Positions 25,441 to 40,240 of a DNA stretch of 64,000 nt are shown here, piece after piece. The position numbers and the translations under genes were made by a program. This stretch comes from Octopus vulgaris (Eukaryota): contig OX597822.1 of assembly GCA_951406725.2 (NCBI GenBank), positions 118,110,001 to 118,174,000 on the forward strand, written 5' to 3'. Below the pieces are notes generated by a model that saw only the letters and a list, made by a program, of their open reading frames with translations, was not told where the DNA came from and made no database searches. The first letter of the stretch is position 1. The number at the start of each line of letters is the position of its first letter.

Positions 25441-25996
25441 TCATTATTATTATTATTGAGTGAGAAAACAGTGCATGCCAACAAAGTGAAACTGAATTAC
25501 AAATATACGAAGCCCAATATACCCATCATTACTACCCGTCTGATAAGTGTATACTACGCACAAACACCATGTGCGTGACATGGTGATATCTTATCAAGAT
25601 AAACAGCCCATGACCTTGCATGTTGGGACCAGTTAAAATTTTCTTCAGATTGAGTAGCCCTACTCAAAAGGTCCCTGAATTAGGTTTGTTTAAGGATGAG
25701 GAAAAAACAACCATTATTCCTGAGGTGAATTATTCAAACCCCACAAAATTCCTCTCAACACAAGGCTATGATGCCCCCCACCAACTTCTTCTGCTCCTGA
25801 TCAGAGATGCACATATCCTCAGCCAGTAAGGGATATTTTCAACTGATGTCGGTCAAGCAACTGGCAAACAAATCTGTGGTATTGAGCAGAATATGTGCTG
25901 TGGCCCATCTTTTATGCAAGACAAAATATGTACATGGTAATACTTCCAATCAGTTCTGATCGGCATGGCCACTTTCTGGTACTGCATCAGGAAATT

Positions 25997-26106
<110 letters not shown>

Positions 26107-26124
26107 CATTATTATTATTATTCT

Positions 26125-26715
26125 ATATTTGACTGTTGCTTTACATTTGTACAAGCTGGCTCCAAGTTTCACCCAGAGACCTCAAGAGACAACAAGTTAG
26201 AAGTTCATGTTGGTGTTATGCCTAGGGTGCCATATATTTGGTTTTGTACTTAGTTAAGTTAAGTTAATTTTTTGGCTCAAAAAGCAAAAAGCAAGGCCAT
26301 GTACGGGGACATGGAGTTATGTACAGGGAGGGTGTTCATGCAAAGAGTTCAGGCCATTTCTGGTCAAGAGAGACTTTGAACCGAGCGGTCGTCGGCATCT
26401 TCACTATCTCGTCCGGCAGCTTGTTCCACGGATCTGCAACCCGGACGGAGAAAGCCCCTCTCCTTCGATTGAGATGAAATCGTCGCAGATAGAGCTTTTC
26501 GCAGCCGACGTTCTGGAGCAGGAGTGAAGAACAGCTCTTTCGAGAGGTTATACTTTCCGCTTATGATGTTGTGAGCGTACTAGTGAATGTTTAAGAAACC
26601 ATAAGAAAATTATGTTCGTTTTAAAACTTGAGATTACGTAGAAAGTATTTTCCGTAGGATATGAGCAGTTCCCATGAACACTATCTTGAATTTCTGCCAT
26701 TTGGGGGTTTCCTGA
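26125..26715 (-). mobile_element. R4/Dong 3' end interrupted by a CR1-type LINE 3' fragment (26250-26578)
   Basis: Flanks match 22160-22445. The insert encodes RRRGAFSVRVADPWNKLPDEIV...FKVSLD and ends in (TTAAC)n. Confidence 0.8.
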
Positions 26716-26912
26716 CTTTTATCCTTTCGCTGTCGAAAAATAAAGTACCAGTGAAACACTGGGTTCGATGTAATCGACTAGTGCCCTCCCCAAAAATTTC
26801 AGTCATTTCGCCTTTAGTAAAAAGCATTATTAGTATTATTATCAACATCATCTTCATCATCATCATCGTCATCATCATCGTCATCATCACCATTACTGTT
26901 GTTGTTGTTGTC

Positions 26913-26946
<34 letters not shown>

Positions 26947-27634
26947 CAAATGCATCTTCCCTGCCTCTGCAAGTTGCTTATAAAACCTTCTAAAAGCATA
27001 CAAACGCACGCAGGATTATGTCTGTATTTAAAATAAGGCGGAAAAAAAACATAAAAAGAAAAAAAAGAACAACAGCACCATCAGCAGCAGCGGCAGCAGC
27101 ACCATCAGCAGCAGCGGCAGCAGCACTTAGGTCTATATTAATATTAATGGAAATTTTCTTTAAAGCTTTCAATTTCCTGTATTTCAATAACACCAGCATT
27201 TGTTTTTCAGTTTATTTTAAGCTAACTTTAAACACCGATCATTCATATTGTTCTCTACTCAATACAAGCCGCTTATTATTATTATATTCTTTTTTTAATA
27301 GTATCGTTGTTGTTTTTCTTTCATTTTCTGTTAATTCTCTATAAACATGTTTTTATCAACAGCGAAATTTACTTAAATCTTTCAAAACAATCATCTTAGG
27401 ATATTGTTTGATTCATTAATAATAGATTTTTTTTTAAAGTATTCAATAAAATTTTATGAAATATTCAATAATGATGAGAGAGAGTCGATAGATTTCAGTC
27501 TCAGTGTATTTATATTCCAGCAGAAAAACTATATTTACTTTTATCATTTGAGATTCAACAGCAGATAAAAGGAAAAAGATGGTTGGAGAGATTTGATAAG
27601 TGTTATTGGAAGACAAACAGCATATATGAATATA

Positions 27635-27854
27635 GGCGGCGAGCTGGCAGAAACGTTAGCAAGCCGGGCGAAATGCTTTGCGGTATTTCGTCTGCCGTTA
27701 CGTTCTGAGTTCAAATTCAGCCGAGGTCGACTTTGCCTTTCATCCTTTCGGGGTTGATAAATAAAGTACCAGTTTCGCACTGGGGTCGATGTAATTGGCT
27801 TAATCCCCTTGTTTGTTCCCTCTATGTTTAGCCCCTTGTGGGTAGTAAAGAAAT
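27635..27854 (+). mobile_element. SINE family B, full length, 13-14-bp TSD
   Basis: TSD atatatgaatatag at 27622-27635 and 27855-27868. Confidence 0.9.
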
Positions 27855-28021
27855 ATATATGAATATAGACTTCAAATGTTGACACAAAGCCAGCAATTTC
27901 GGGGGAGGGGTTAGTTGATCGCAATGTTTAACTGGTACTTATTTTATCGACCCCGAAAGAATGAAAGCAAAGTCGACGTCGGCAGAATGTGAACATAAAG
28001 TGTAACGGCAGACAAAATACC

Positions 28022-28259
28022 TATTTCTATTTCTCTACTACCCACAAGGAGCTAAACACAGTGAGGATAAACAAGGACAGACAAACGGATTAAATAGATT
28101 ATATCAACCCCAGTGCATAACTGGTACTTTTTTAATCGACCCCGAAAGGATAAAAGGCAAAGTCGACCTCGGCGGAATTTGAACTCAGAACGTAACAGCA
28201 GACGAAATACCGCTATGCATTTTGCCTGGCGTGCTAACGTTTCTGCCAGCTCGCCGCCC
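28022..28259 (-). mobile_element. SINE family B, full length
   Basis: Reverse complement of the 27635 copy; a partial family B copy lies at 27870-28020. Confidence 0.85.
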
Positions 28260-28841
28260 AAGCATTCTTCTTTCTCTCTCTTTTGTCGTTGAGCTCTGAT
28301 GATGATTGGTGCACTTAAGACAAAGCGGTTTTATTTCTTGCCGCTTTTGCTATTGTCATGGTGATGCCTGAATATAACACTTTCCGCAGCCAACAATCTT
28401 CTTCTTCTTCTTCTTCTTCTTCTTCTTCTTCTTCTTCTTCTTCTTCTTCTTCTTCTTCTTTCGATTCTTCTTCTTCTTTCGATTTTTCTTCTTCTTCTTC
28501 TTCTTCTTCTTCTTCTTCTTCTTCTTCTTCTTCTTTCGATTTTCTTCTTCTGAGTAGAAGTCATTCCAACGGTTTTTACTACCAGACGTGTGATGGCAGT
28601 TGGGTCTTCAGCTCTACACCAGCCAGCTAATTGTCCTCCTATTTCACTCCCTCAATGAGGTACAAGACAGAACTACACTTGGAATAATCGTGTCATCTTC
28701 AGGACCTAAAGACCTCTGCAAACTTCTACCGGTGGCATCTCACCTTCGCGCTCACTTTATGACAGGACTATTGTGCCAAGCTGAGAGGCCATCTCTCAAT
28801 GTCCCTACCAATATATACATATATACTGATATGTGTGTGTG

Positions 28842-28928
<87 letters not shown>

Positions 28929-28953
28929 TGTTTGTGTGTGTGTGTGATTTGTG

Positions 28954-28998
<45 letters not shown>

Positions 28999-29261
28999 CC
29001 ATAATACTCCTATTCTGAAACCCACAAGCACACTATGGCATCAATCAGTAGGAAGAGGTGAAATGCACCAGCTCAGTCTGCTAACACTCCTATTTCTCGA
29101 TCTTAAAGACCTGGTACACGCTTCCTCGTACCCTTCTAAATGTTGATGAAGGCTTCATTCACCATTTTTTCCACTGATATAAAATTCCATCCCTTTATTT
29201 CAAAAATAGAGGTCTGACATCTTCTGTCACGGTCCTTCCTAGTAGATTCTTCTGATCACGA

Positions 29262-30231
<970 letters not shown>

Positions 30232-30583
30232 TATTATTCATTATTTAATTGAACGCGATGCATCCGTTTCCAAGTATATATATATGATATATATATATGT
30301 GTGTGTCTTTGTGTGTCTTTGTTCCCCATCATCACTTGACAACCGCTGTTGGTGTGTTTGTGTTCCCGTAACTTATCAGTTCGGCAAAGAGAACGGTAGA
30401 ATAAGTACTAGGCTTAAAAACTAAATCCTTCGGTCGAATTGTTCTACAAAAACACTTCAAGGTGGTGCTCCAGCATAGCCGTAATCAAATGACTGAAACA
30501 AATAAAAGAATGTATATATAATTTATCCCTCACAGGATGGAGTTTTTTTTTTTTTGTTTATCCTACCTTAACAGAACGGTAAA

Positions 30584-30618
<35 letters not shown>

Positions 30619-30653
30619 TCTCTCTCTCTCTCTCGCAGACACACACACACACA

Positions 30654-30768
<115 letters not shown>

Positions 30769-30998
30769 TCTCCATATATATACATATATATAATCAAATT
30801 ATCATGAAGAAGAATGGAGAATCATACATATTCAAAATTTAGATTTTAAAGCATTATTCTCATGAAATTCCCATCCGATACGTGTATATATATCCATGCC
30901 CCTCCGCACCAAACTCGCTTATTAATGGGAATATAAAACAAACCTAACCTCCATATAATTCATCATTCTTTATCTACTTCTCTCGGGACATTTTCAAA

Positions 30999-31394
30999 TC
31001 TTTATATATAAATGTCAAGTTGTGTGTCTGTCTCCTACGATTTAGATTCCTAACTACTCCCACATTTTGCGGTGCAGTTTAACCAAAACCGGGTATCTTA
31101 TAGTCGTGATTCATATTGAGCCCTTCTGGTATTAGCGCGCGTCTACGATGAGTCTACGATTTTAAAAAAAATTTACCATCATTTTTTTCCATTTTAATGC
31201 ATTTTTTCGCTATTATATAAGGGAGGTAACTCTCTAAAAATGTCTACGATGAGTCAACAATTTAAAAAAACATTTACCATCATTTTTCTCCGTTTTTAAT
31301 ACATTTTTTTGCTATTTTTTGGCTATAACTCTCTAAAAATGCTTATATAGTTATTTCCCTTACAAACCAGAGCAACGCCGGGCGATACTGCTAG
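30999..31394 (+). mobile_element. Non-autonomous Helitron
   Basis: 5' TC, 3' CTAG preceded by a GC-rich hairpin, inserted between A and T; second copy at 46547-46945. Confidence 0.85.
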
Positions 31395-31966
31395 TTTTAT
31401 TTATAAAAAAAGACACATCTCAGTAATTTATAGCAGAGAACAATGTTTTCCTCTCCCTTTCAGTCCATGGAGTCCCTACTCAAGAGGACAGTCTCTTCCC
31501 CTTGTAAGAGACATCATACAACCACATAGTGATATACATAGCGGGACACCAGCATCAATTAGTAACCGAAAGACTGAAAGCAAAACATTAAATATTTGAG
31601 TTATCTCCTGCTTTAAAGATTTCCCTAGTTATCTCCCTTACATCTAGTCACTCCGAACGTTTTCCACGGCCGAGTTTGAATCGAATACGAATTAATTTCC
31701 CTTGGATTTCCTCGTTTTCGTCTCCGAGTCGTTCGGGAAATCGTGGATGCCACACCATTTTATTATCACCTTTATATAGGAATCCAACTGTTTACGCTGC
31801 CATAACAAATGTACTTTGGTGTGATGCCATGATAAAGAAAATGGTAAATGATAAAATGATAATATATTTAAATGAAAAATCCGAAAGTCTAACAGGGCTT
31901 CGAGTTAAAGGTGCCGCAGACAGACAATATATTTAAAGATAGATAGATAAGATAGATAAGATAGAT

Positions 31967-32003
<37 letters not shown>

Positions 32004-32030
32004 CGATAGATAGATCGATAGATAGATAGA

Positions 32031-32196
32031 TATGTTTCTTTATTAGCCACACAGGGCTGCACACAGATAGAACAAATTACAAGGTAGAGCTTTTCTTTTG
32101 GGGGTAAAAAAAAGGGAGTGGTGGTTTTCGATCAAAAGGGATCGTAAAAGGAAAGAAAGAGGACAAAAAAAAGGGAGGGGTTAATAAAAAAAAAAA
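32031..32196 (-). mobile_element. Probable LINE 3' UTR fragment inside (GATA)n
   Basis: Ends ctgtgtgcagccctgtgtggctaataaagaaa, similar to the SINE B tail; no coding remnant to assign a clade. Confidence 0.5.
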
Positions 32197-32268
<72 letters not shown>

Positions 32269-32273
32269 GTAGG

Positions 32274-32358
<85 letters not shown>

Positions 32359-32474
32359 GTATTTATGTATGGATGTATGTATTTATGTATGTATGTACGT
32401 ATGTATGCATGTATGTATGTATGTATGTATGTATGTATGTATGTATGTATGTATGTATGTATGTATGTATGTAT

Positions 32475-33325
32475 GTATGTGGAAGTGAGGCATGGGCTGT
32501 TTACCGTAGGCAGGTAAGGCAATTGGAACGATTTCATCAATACTGTCTGAGAAAAATTTGGGGGATAAACTGGAAAATGGCCATTAGTAATGTGGATGTG
32601 GTTGAGAGGAACGGCAGTAGGACTATGGAGTCAATGATTTTGCAAAGACGTTTGAGGGGAGGGGCATTTGGTAAGGATGAGTGATGAGCGAATGCTCAAG
32701 CAGCTATTGTATGGTGAGCTGGAAGACGGTGGGAGACCAGCGCATGAGCCTAAAGTAAGGTTTTAAGGATTGCCTTAAAAAATGCTGTAATACTGACAGG
32801 AATTGCAGCTGGTAATTGGGAGCAGGAGGTACAAGACCATGATGGATGGAGGAAGATAGTGCATGATGGTTGTTCAAGGTTTGAGAGGGAGAGAGTGAAG
32901 TATGAGAGAATTAGGAGGAATCTTAGAAGGGGGGTGCTGTGGAAAGTGAGAGTGTTACTTTTTATGTGTGTGGTATGTGGGCGGAGGTGTTTGAGTCGTG
33001 CAAGCCTGGTGAGCCATCAAAAGTCTCATAGAAATTGACCCATGATAAACAAGGATGTCGCTATTAAAATTCATATCAGAACTTCTGTAAAATGTGGTAG
33101 GGTGTGCCTCTCAGTTGGAGGTCTAAAAAGACATGTTAAGGGAGTGCATACGGCGGCACCTGCTTCTCCTGTCAGACAGCACAGTTGTCTAGTATGTAAT
33201 AAAATGTGTAAAAGCTTGGCCAGGCTTAAAAGTCATATAAGGGCATCACATGGCAACAATCATGAATCATTTCAATAAATCTTCTTGGCAATGGCTTTTC
33301 TTGTGTAACAAGGATGAAGCTGTGT
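32475..33325 (+). mobile_element. RTE-clade LINE 3' end with C-terminal C2H2 fingers
   Basis: GSEAW...[17 protein letters not shown]...GHLVRM...KQLLYGEL, frameshifted. Confidence 0.88.
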
Positions 33326-33850
33326 GATGTAAGCTGTAATTTTTTTATTCTTTTTTATTTAGTAGTATTTTTCCTGGAAGTAGGGACTGGTTTCTAATGA
33401 AATAATAAAGGTTCCTCCATTGGAATATTTTTACTTTTCCACTTAGAAACCGTCTGTTTCTTTGTTGGAAACTCCTACCGTCTCTACCAATCTATCTGCC
33501 TATTCGTCTGTATGTTTGTCTATTTCTCTGCTGTCTGTCTTTCTGTCTGTCTTTCTGTCTGTCTATGTGTGTATGTGTGCGCGCGTGCATTTGTTCTTAT
33601 ATTTATTAGTATTCTTCCTTGGAGAAGACAGTTGATTTCTAACAAAGAAAAACTCCATAACTGGAAATGTTTATATCATTTTTCTAACATTACATATTAA
33701 AGTATATGTGTGTATTTCAGTCGAGGAAATAATTGAATTGACAGGAATAAAAACTAGGAAGATTTAACAATGATAACATTAAATAAATCTATTTCTAAAA
33801 TTGCTAAAACAAAGCATTAAACATTATCTTTTTTGTCGTTGTTTTTACAG

Positions 33851-33949
33851 TTTATGGTACATTAGACATACATGAAGGTCTCTACACATTCTGCCTAACA
33901 AACCGATCCAAGTCGTCAACAGGAGAAGAATGTAAACTTATATTGGGAG
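33851..33949 (+). CDS. Candidate internal exon, claudin/PMP22/EMP-like first extracellular loop
   Basis: Strong acceptor ttttgtcgttgtttttacag and donor GAG|gtaagt; 99 bp, phase 1-1. The only open frame is xYGTLDIHEGLYTFCLTNRSKSSTGEECKLILG (GLW-x2-C...C-like). Confidence 0.5.
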
Positions 33950-35620
33950 GTAAGTAAATTTATACATACATATAAACACACACACACATATATATAATGC
34001 ACTTATATATATATATATATATATACGTACTGCATTTAATTTTTGAAGCTACGAGATGATGATACACAAGCACTCAGCGGAAACATCAGTAAGCTAATGA
34101 AACCCATGATATAATTTTTTATCTCGTGTCATATATATATATATATATATAATCATACCTGCATTGGGTATGATTAGTGAAATTTTTGGTAGTAATGACT
34201 TATGTCCCTCTTAGTGTGAGGCATTTATGTGTAATAATGCCCTCTATATAATATAAATTAATATGTTCAAAAGAAAAGTATTATTTTCGAATTTTTTCTC
34301 TTATGTGGTTTTTCACGCTAACTACCTGATAATTTCTTGTTAAGATTCCTTATTAAGAAGTTATCCTTAATTGTTAAATGTATATATATATATATAATCC
34401 AGTGGTTTAAAAATTATTGATGATCATTTTTAGAATTCAGATGATTTTTAATACTGATTGATATACATTTTTGTTCTATTTTATTTATATATATTGTTGG
34501 GTTTTTTTGTGTGGTTATTTTAGATTTATTTACATGCATTTTATCTGTTTTCATTATATGCCCTTCCCTTCTAAATTCCTGTACTACACGATATTTTATA
34601 GCCCTTTTTTCAAGCAAACAGATTATAATATCGCGTTGTTTGTATATATTTGTTAATTCCTTCATTCATTAGGGCTTTATTACCCTAGGTTCCGCCTACT
34701 TCACATTCGTAAATGACATTTTCTTGAGACTGACTTAGCACCTGAAAATTACACATAATTAAATCCAATCAAGTCTTGTTGACACATCATCCATTAACGT
34801 TTTCGATGAATTTTTGTTATATTTATTAATTCATATAAGAAAAACAATGTATTCAACCGAGATAATCTTACTGCGAAATGTGTCCAGGATGTCCAGAACA
34901 GGTTCTGTCTTTTAATACCTAGAAATCCATAATATATGTACCAACAATATATTGGGTGTATTCTTGATTCTATACTCAAATTTACTCTCAGTCATTGTTC
35001 ATTCTAGTTCATATTCAAGGTTCTTTTAATTAAGGTTGTTTTTTTTTAATCGAAGTGAAATCTATCGATTGATAGGTAACCTCCCTTCGATCTGAAAACT
35101 CACAAAATACTTGGTATATTATGACATTATAATAACTGTTTCCTCTGCTTTTTATTCGCACTGAAATGTCGCTAAAATAAATCATATCGTATGTCATTTG
35201 TGCCAATTGTTAACCATGCAAATCTCTTGAATGATTCTGCAGAAATGGATTGACTCCATCAACTCCAATTACATGAAATACAATTCAATTCTAAATACAT
35301 CAATTATACGAAATGATGCTGGGGAGTTATAGAGCATGACTGGGTACGAGGTTTTATTTTCTTCTTCGGATGAGAACGACTGTGGATTCGTTGGCGAAAG
35401 TAGAATAACAATTTAGCTTAGAAAACACTTCATAATGAAAAGGAGGAAGATAATAAAATCCAGTGATATCACATTAGAAAAAAACTGGTGAGCGAGGAAG
35501 AGAGGAAAAGGGAGAGAGAGGGGGGTGAGATTGGATTTAACCAAAAATAGACCAAATAGTTAAGAATTCTTGAACGTATAAAATAAAGAAGCAATAGAAT
35601 CGATTCAGGAAATTATTATT

Positions 35621-36040
35621 CGACGTCTGGCAGCTGACTTGGCAGACACCCATAAAATTATTAACCATCTTACAAACAATAACTCTGAGCACCTTTTCAA
35701 ACTCCACCCATCTAACACCTGTGGACATATTTACAAAGTCAGAAAACAGCACAGCTCCCATGACTTTAGGAAACATTTTTTCACGCTGAGAGTTGCTGAA
35801 GCATGGAACAAACTGCCGGCATCAGTTGTTAGTTGTCGGAGCACTGCATCCTTCAAAACTTCCATGCTTTCTGAGATTTGCCAACACTACACCTGATTTT
35901 CTCCCCTCCATACACACACAAGCATGTATCTAACTCATGCATTGTTCACTTTCCAGACATTTCTACATTACTGCATGTACTTAATATGCACTTTCTGACA
36001 AGTTGTGGTGCACCTGAGCCCTGTATACAATAATTTCATT
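35621..36040 (+). mobile_element. CR1-type LINE 3' end
   Basis: RRLAADL...TCGHIYKV...RKHFFTLRVAEAWNKLP...FK followed by a 3' UTR. Confidence 0.85.
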
Positions 36041-37226
36041 ATATCTTATTCAAACCAAAGCTAAATGCCCAAAATAAGGGAACATGTTGTCAACTCACAT
36101 GCTGGTCTAGTAGTAAGTTATATTTACGATAATGCTGGATGAAAACTAAGGGAATTCGAAACATAAAAGATAGTAGTGGTTGCATTTAGAATAAAGCACA
36201 CAAAATGCAATAAAAAAAGATTATTTTTAACATTAATACAGGCAGGGTGCAACAAGAAAATTAAAATTTGTAATACCCCTTCCATAACTATTCTTATTTA
36301 ATCTCCTTCTTCTTCTTCGTCCTCTGTGGCTATGATCCTTACCACGTCATTCTACGTGCAGCGGTCTTGTTTTTTTTTTTTTCTTGTTTCTCTTACTCAT
36401 TGCCCGTCACCAAGTCCAGTATGTGCATTCATCCTTTACCTCATATGTTAACTGTTTCAGTATCGCTATTTTACACATTATTTGCTTCTCTCTGTACGAT
36501 GTAAAAAGCGTGACTTGAGAATCAGTCAACCAACCAACCGACCAACCAACCAGTATTCGTATCGGCTTTTATTATACAGATATAAGAACAACGAAAAAAG
36601 TAGATATGCTATGATAACAAGGAATGGATCATGCCTAGACAATATATAAATAACGACAAGGCAATAATAGATAAAGTATGGAGAAAATATGGACAAAACA
36701 AGAGATGTGTGGGGGGTGTTACTACGAGCAAAAGAGGAAGAAATAATAGAAGAGTTGAAGAAACAATAAGACATAGGGGTCCAGTCGACAATATTGGTTT
36801 CAAATTTAGGGGTTAGGGGACTAGTCGATCACATCGAACCCAGTAAGGCAACTGGTGTTTTATTTTATTGGCCCCGAAAAGAACAGCAAAGGTGACCTCA
36901 GAGGAATTTAAACCCAAAACAAAGCAACACTCAAAACAAACAACACTGGGATTTATTTGTTTGATTCACCATACAAGGCGATGCTCCAGCATTGCCGCAG
37001 GCCAATGACAGAAACAAATTTAAGAAAAACCAAGTTGAAAATATACACGAAAGGTGAAACATATTTCAAGAAGAAGGAAATTGGAATTTAATTTGAAGGG
37101 AGATAACTCAAAGGAACTTAATAGGATTCAGTCTCATAATTGTTCGTGACACTAAAGAGACACACAGACATACATACATTACATACATACATACATACAT
37201 CATACATACATGCATGCATACATACA

Positions 37227-37260
<34 letters not shown>

Positions 37261-37336
37261 CATACATGCATGCATGCATGCATACATGCATACATACATA
37301 CATATATATATACATACATATATACATACATACATG

Positions 37337-37368
<32 letters not shown>

Positions 37369-37578
37369 CACACATACATACACACATACATACACGTACA
37401 TACATACATACATACATGTACAAACACACACACACACACACACACATACATGTTTAGTGACAGCAATCTCATTTTGGTTATCATTCTCTCATTATATACG
37501 AGATTCTTTGCTTTTTCCAAATTTTAGCGTCTGTAAAATATCAGTGCATTTATTCCGCATACAAAAATGCATGAAATA

Positions 37579-37635
<57 letters not shown>

Positions 37636-37884
37636 CATAACATAACTACATTTACATATTTACATAGATAGAATCACATCGATGCTGAAATATATTTTTA
37701 GCGATGACGTCACCAAAACCAAGATACACATTAGACGCAGACCAAGGGAAACAACTCGTACATTACTGTTTAATAAGCAGCTTTTCAAAGTGAATTTAAG
37801 CATTTTAAATTTTAAACGTTATTTGTATAAATATCTGGAGCCTCACCAAAATCATATATAAACCCGTCGTCCATAGATGTATAA

Positions 37885-37922
<38 letters not shown>

Positions 37923-37959
37923 ATGTATATGTATGTATATGTATGTATCTATGTGTATG

Positions 37960-38039
<80 letters not shown>

Positions 38040-38260
38040 GAGAGAGATAGATATATGTGTGTGTGTGTATCTGTGTCTGTGTTTGTCCCGCTGCCATCAC
38101 TTGACAACCGACGTTGGTGTATTTAGGTCCCCGAAACTTAACGGTTCAGTAAAAGGTACCGATAGAATAAGTACTAGGCTTACACAGAATTAAGGCCTGC
38201 GGTCGATTTCTTCGACTAACGGCGGTGCTCCAGCATGGCTGCAGACAAATGATTGAAATA

Positions 38261-38261
<1 letters not shown>

Positions 38262-38311
<50 letters not shown>

Positions 38312-38397
38312 TATGTATATATATATATATATATAAATATATGTATATATATATATATATATATAAATATATGTATATATATATATATATATATAAA

Positions 38398-38440
<43 letters not shown>

Positions 38441-38910
38441 GCGCGTATGTATGTACGTATGTACGTACGCATGTATGTATGTACGCATGTATGTATGTAT
38501 GTACGCATGTATGTATGTACGCATGTATGTATGTATATATGTATATATGTATGTATGTACGCATGTATGTATGTATGTACGCATGTATGTATGTACGCAT
38601 GTATGTATGTATGTATGTACGCATATATGTATGATGTATGTATATATGTATGTATGTATGTATGTACGCATATATGTATGATGTATGTATATATGTATGT
38701 ATGTATGTACGTATGTATGTATGTACGCATGTATGTATGTATGTACGCATGTATGTATGATGTATGTATATATGTATGTATGTATGTACGCATGTATGTA
38801 TGTACGCATGTATGTATGTATGTACGCATGTATGTATGTATGTATGTACGCATATATGTATGATGTATGTATATATGTATGTATGTATGTATGTACGTAT
38901 GTATGTATGT
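38262..38910. repeat. Compound (TA)n/(TATG)n microsatellite with higher-order repeats
   Basis: Read directly from the sequence. Confidence 0.95.
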
Positions 38911-39329
38911 CATTGTTCAGTTTTATTTCAAGATTTCTTGCCAATAGAGAAAGAGCTGGTTTCTAACCCAGATCCAAGGCTCCTTCGTTTGAACTTCAAA
39001 AGCGTCAACAAAGTGTGCGCATGTGCGGTATTTGCAGTCAGTGCATGTGAAGATTTATGTTTTGCTTTCTGTGGGTATTCTCGTGCATATAAGTTGCATG
39101 TCTAGACATGCGCGTATAGACTTCAATGAGAAAACTATTAACGCTGTCAATATAACACCACGTCTATGTACCTGGGTATGATTGGGTGAGTTTGTGTGTT
39201 TGTACTTGCTAGTGTATATATTAATGGATTTGTGTGTAAGTTGTAGCAAATGTTCTCAAAGCGATTGCAATCTATTTACTGGGTTGTTTTATTAATAATT
39301 TCTTAGCAGCTGACAATCTACGTTCAATA

Positions 39330-39750
39330 TATTGGCTTCAAATATTGATACAAGGCCAGCAATTCCGAGTGAGGGCTGATTCGATTACATTGATTGTTTT
39401 TATCGACCCTGAAAGGATGAAAGACAAAGTCGACCTCACCGGAATTTGAACTCAGGACGTAAAGACGGACGAAATGCTACTAAGCATTTTGTCCGGTATG
39501 CTAATCATTGTGCCAGCTTGCTGCCTTAATATAACCTTTCTACTGAAGACACAAGGCCTGGAATTTGTGGGGGAGGGCACTAGTCGGTTAAATAGGCCCA
39601 TGCTTTACTGGTACTATTTTATCGACCCTGAAAGGATGAAAGTCAAAGTCGACCTCTGTGGAATTTGAACACAGTACGTAAAGACGGACGAAATGCTACT
39701 AAGCATTTTGTCTGGCATGCTAATGGTTGTTCCAGCTCGCTGCCTTAATA
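39330..39750 (-). mobile_element. Two tandem SINE family B copies
   Basis: Repeated atcgaccctgaaaggatgaaag...gacggacgaaatgctactaagcattttgtc blocks. Confidence 0.8.
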
Positions 39751-40166
39751 TAACACCTGTATATTAATTCTGCACACTTTCCTGAATGTAATAATCTATT
39801 CTTACCAATGTAAAAGAGTAATTCTACTTTCTCGACTGCGTGTAATTTAGAGAGTTTGAACCGTCGTAATTGCATCTATCAACTCTAAGCTTTCACGTCT
39901 GCTCCTGTACAATGTCGTACAGCGACTTATTGCGGTGTTTCCCCATGTTTTCTATGCTTCTACATCCTTGGGAAATATTTTATTCATTCTCAAACACTCT
40001 TCAAAGGCGTTATCACATTTTTGGGTGGAACGTTCAACTTTCTGATAATTTATTTTTTTTACAAAAATTGACCTGCATACACGGATTGTTGATCTAGGGG
40101 TATGATTATCGCTTTGGGTATCAAATATCCCATTCGAGCCCCAATACTTACTTATTCCTTACCGTA

Positions 40167-40240
40167 TAGTTCGTGGTGCAATGGATAACGCGCCTAGACT
40201 ACGAATCAGGAGATTCCATGTTCGATTCCTAGTGAACTCG
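40167..40240 (+). pseudogene. trnR: tRNA-Arg(ACG)-derived pseudogene / SINE head
   Basis: D-arm tggtgcaatggataacgcg, anticodon loop ctACGaa, T-arm gttcgattcc, acceptor agttcg/tgaact. A 1-nt insertion in the anticodon stem and stem mismatches indicate loss of function. Confidence 0.8.

Noticed and set aside
27018-27344. ORF with poly-Ala
   Set aside because: (CAG)n-type repeat with a 24-bp duplication; no other coding signal.
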